DNA from: Laetmonice hystrix
Taxonomy: Eukaryota
NCBI GenBank assembly: GCA_965235115.1
Contig: OZ249437.1
Span: forward strand, 27,156,001 to 27,220,000
Length of the DNA stretch: 64,000 nucleotides
Direction: 5' to 3'
In this document: one piece after another, positions 62,698-64,000 of the stretch
How the letters are laid out: each line of letters begins with the position of its first letter
Numbering within the stretch: the stretch's first letter is position 1
Made by a program: the position numbers and the translations under genes
Notes under the pieces: model-generated
Seen by the model: the letters and a program-made list of their open reading frames with translations, nothing else
Databases searched by the model: none
What the model was told of the DNA's origin: nothing

Positions 62698-63088
62698 GCA
62701 GTGAGGGATCCAGGGGGTGCATCGGGTACGCATCCCCTCTTCAGTTTTGGGGGATTGTTCAGGAAGCATAGGTCGTCGGGGTTCCGGTGAATCGTCGAAT
62801 ATCGTGTTTTTTTTTGGCGAAATTGACTTTTTTAACAGAAATTTCTGTTTGCCTCAAAAGGATTCCAAAGTATGCCGTATCGCAACGAAAAAAATAATGA
62901 TAGATTGATTTTAGGGACATATGAGAGAAGTGCAAAACTTTAAGTGTGTTTTTCTCAGTTCCGTCAAACCCCCATATTCGACGGTCCGCGGGAAACCCAA
63001 CGAGGGGTACCATAAAATACAATGATTTTTTGTCCATAGTTTGTGCCCCCCCCCCCCGTTTGACAAAATCCTGAATTTGTCCCCGCTG
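62698..63088. mobile_element. Degenerate hAT-type MITE
   Basis: Left end cagtgagggatccaggggg and right end aaaatcctgaatttgtccccgctg resemble CAG(T/G)GGCGGATCCAGG-type termini; strongly diverged. Confidence 0.35.
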
Positions 63089-63196
63089 TCGTAACGTAGT
63101 CGGCGGATACTTGCAGTGTGATGTTATATCGCCGTAGGTGTTGGGCTGACGCGAGTCGAGTCGTCGTGGTTGTTCCATAGCATCATCATCGCCAAC

Positions 63197-63257
63197 ATGC
63201 CCGCCATCAGGGCTGGTGGTGTATCATTGTGTATCATGTTGGCGCTGACGTCCTCAG
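63197..63257 (+). CDS. Probable first coding exon of a downstream secreted or membrane protein (signal peptide MPAIRAGGVSLCIMLALTSS-)
   Basis: Acceptor ttgttccatag ending 63180; Kozak gccaacATG; 20 codons plus 1 nt; donor tcag|gtacga at 63258. A phase 1 intron is typical after signal-peptide exons. Confidence 0.5.
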
Positions 63258-63581
63258 GTACGACCGATGCTGAAGGCGAGGTTAGAGCCACGGCCCAGAG
63301 TTACATGTACAACCGATGAGTTGGACAGATACCACCGGTCTCCAGACAGCCCACGCCCAGCACGCCGGTCCTCTGGGCGGTCCCACTCTGTCCAGGAATA
63401 ATATACATGTACATTGGTACATTCAACAGTCGGAATTACTGCGTTATGCCACATAGAAGTCCTACCTCATATAAGTTGTTCTGTGAATCTCACAACACGT
63501 AGAGAACTTGTGTTCTTTGGTTATAGTTGAACGTATAGCCGAAATGTTACGTATTTGTTTTCTCTTTACGAATGGGTCTTT

Positions 63582-63730
63582 NNNNNNNNNNNNNNNNNNN
63601 NNNNNNNNNNNNNNNNNNNNNNNNNNNNNNNNNNNNNNNNNNNNNNNNNNNNNNNNNNNNNNNNNNNNNNNNNNNNNNNNNNNNNNNNNNNNNNNNNNNN
63701 NNNNNNNNNNNNNNNNNNNNNNNNNNNNNN
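63582..63730. other. Assembly gap (149 N)
   Basis: Run of n. Confidence 0.99.
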
Positions 63731-64000
63731 CAAAATTGAAGACTTTTGTCTCGTTTTTTACCTGTCTAAATAAGGTTCCACGAGTCCGAGGAATAGTGAG
63801 ACAAAAACAATTGTGAGAATTACCTTAACAACCATCCCCACCCCCCACCCCCCACCCCCTACCCCCATCGTCCAGGCGAACATAATGGGCCCACTCCCTC
63901 GTGACATTTGTAGGCTCTTACACCCTTTTCATTCCAGTGGTATTTCATCCCACTCTTTAATGGGCACAGCGCATCCTAAATCTGGTTTAGAGATGTGATC

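Noticed and set aside
63508-63816. ORFs spanning the N run
   Set aside because: Artefacts of the assembly gap.

Overview
This is intron-rich animal genomic DNA, not prokaryotic. An invertebrate chordate such as lancelet/Branchiostoma is my inference from gene structure and repeat style; no search was run. The + strand carries the 3' part of a pikachurin/EGFLAM orthologue. I can splice 11 GT-AG exons (7085-37635) in a consistent frame into LG1-EGF-LG2-EGF-LG3 (about 624 aa to the stop); the FN3/EGF N-terminus was not found and is presumably upstream of the window. Inside its introns are three frame-preserving candidate alternative exons missed by the ORF track: 3 nt (22024-22026), 75 nt (31456-31530) and 15 nt (33123-33137). 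The last two sit at the EGF/LG3 junction, equivalent to the agrin z-site, and encode basic or furin-like motifs. The acceptor and 5' part of one LG1 exon are tandemly repeated six times in frame (129-bp unit). The - strand carries an uninterrupted 1767-codon ORF (49543-54846) for a low-complexity protein with a myristoylation-type N-terminus, PxIxIT-like, RVxF-like and AKAP-helix-like motifs and a class I PDZ-type C-terminus, i.e. a candidate undescribed PKA/phosphatase scaffold. A probable signal-peptide exon of a third gene lies at 63197-63257. The rest is minisatellites (two with 34-bp units), microsatellites, several MITE-like inverted-repeat elements, degraded fragments and a 149-N gap.
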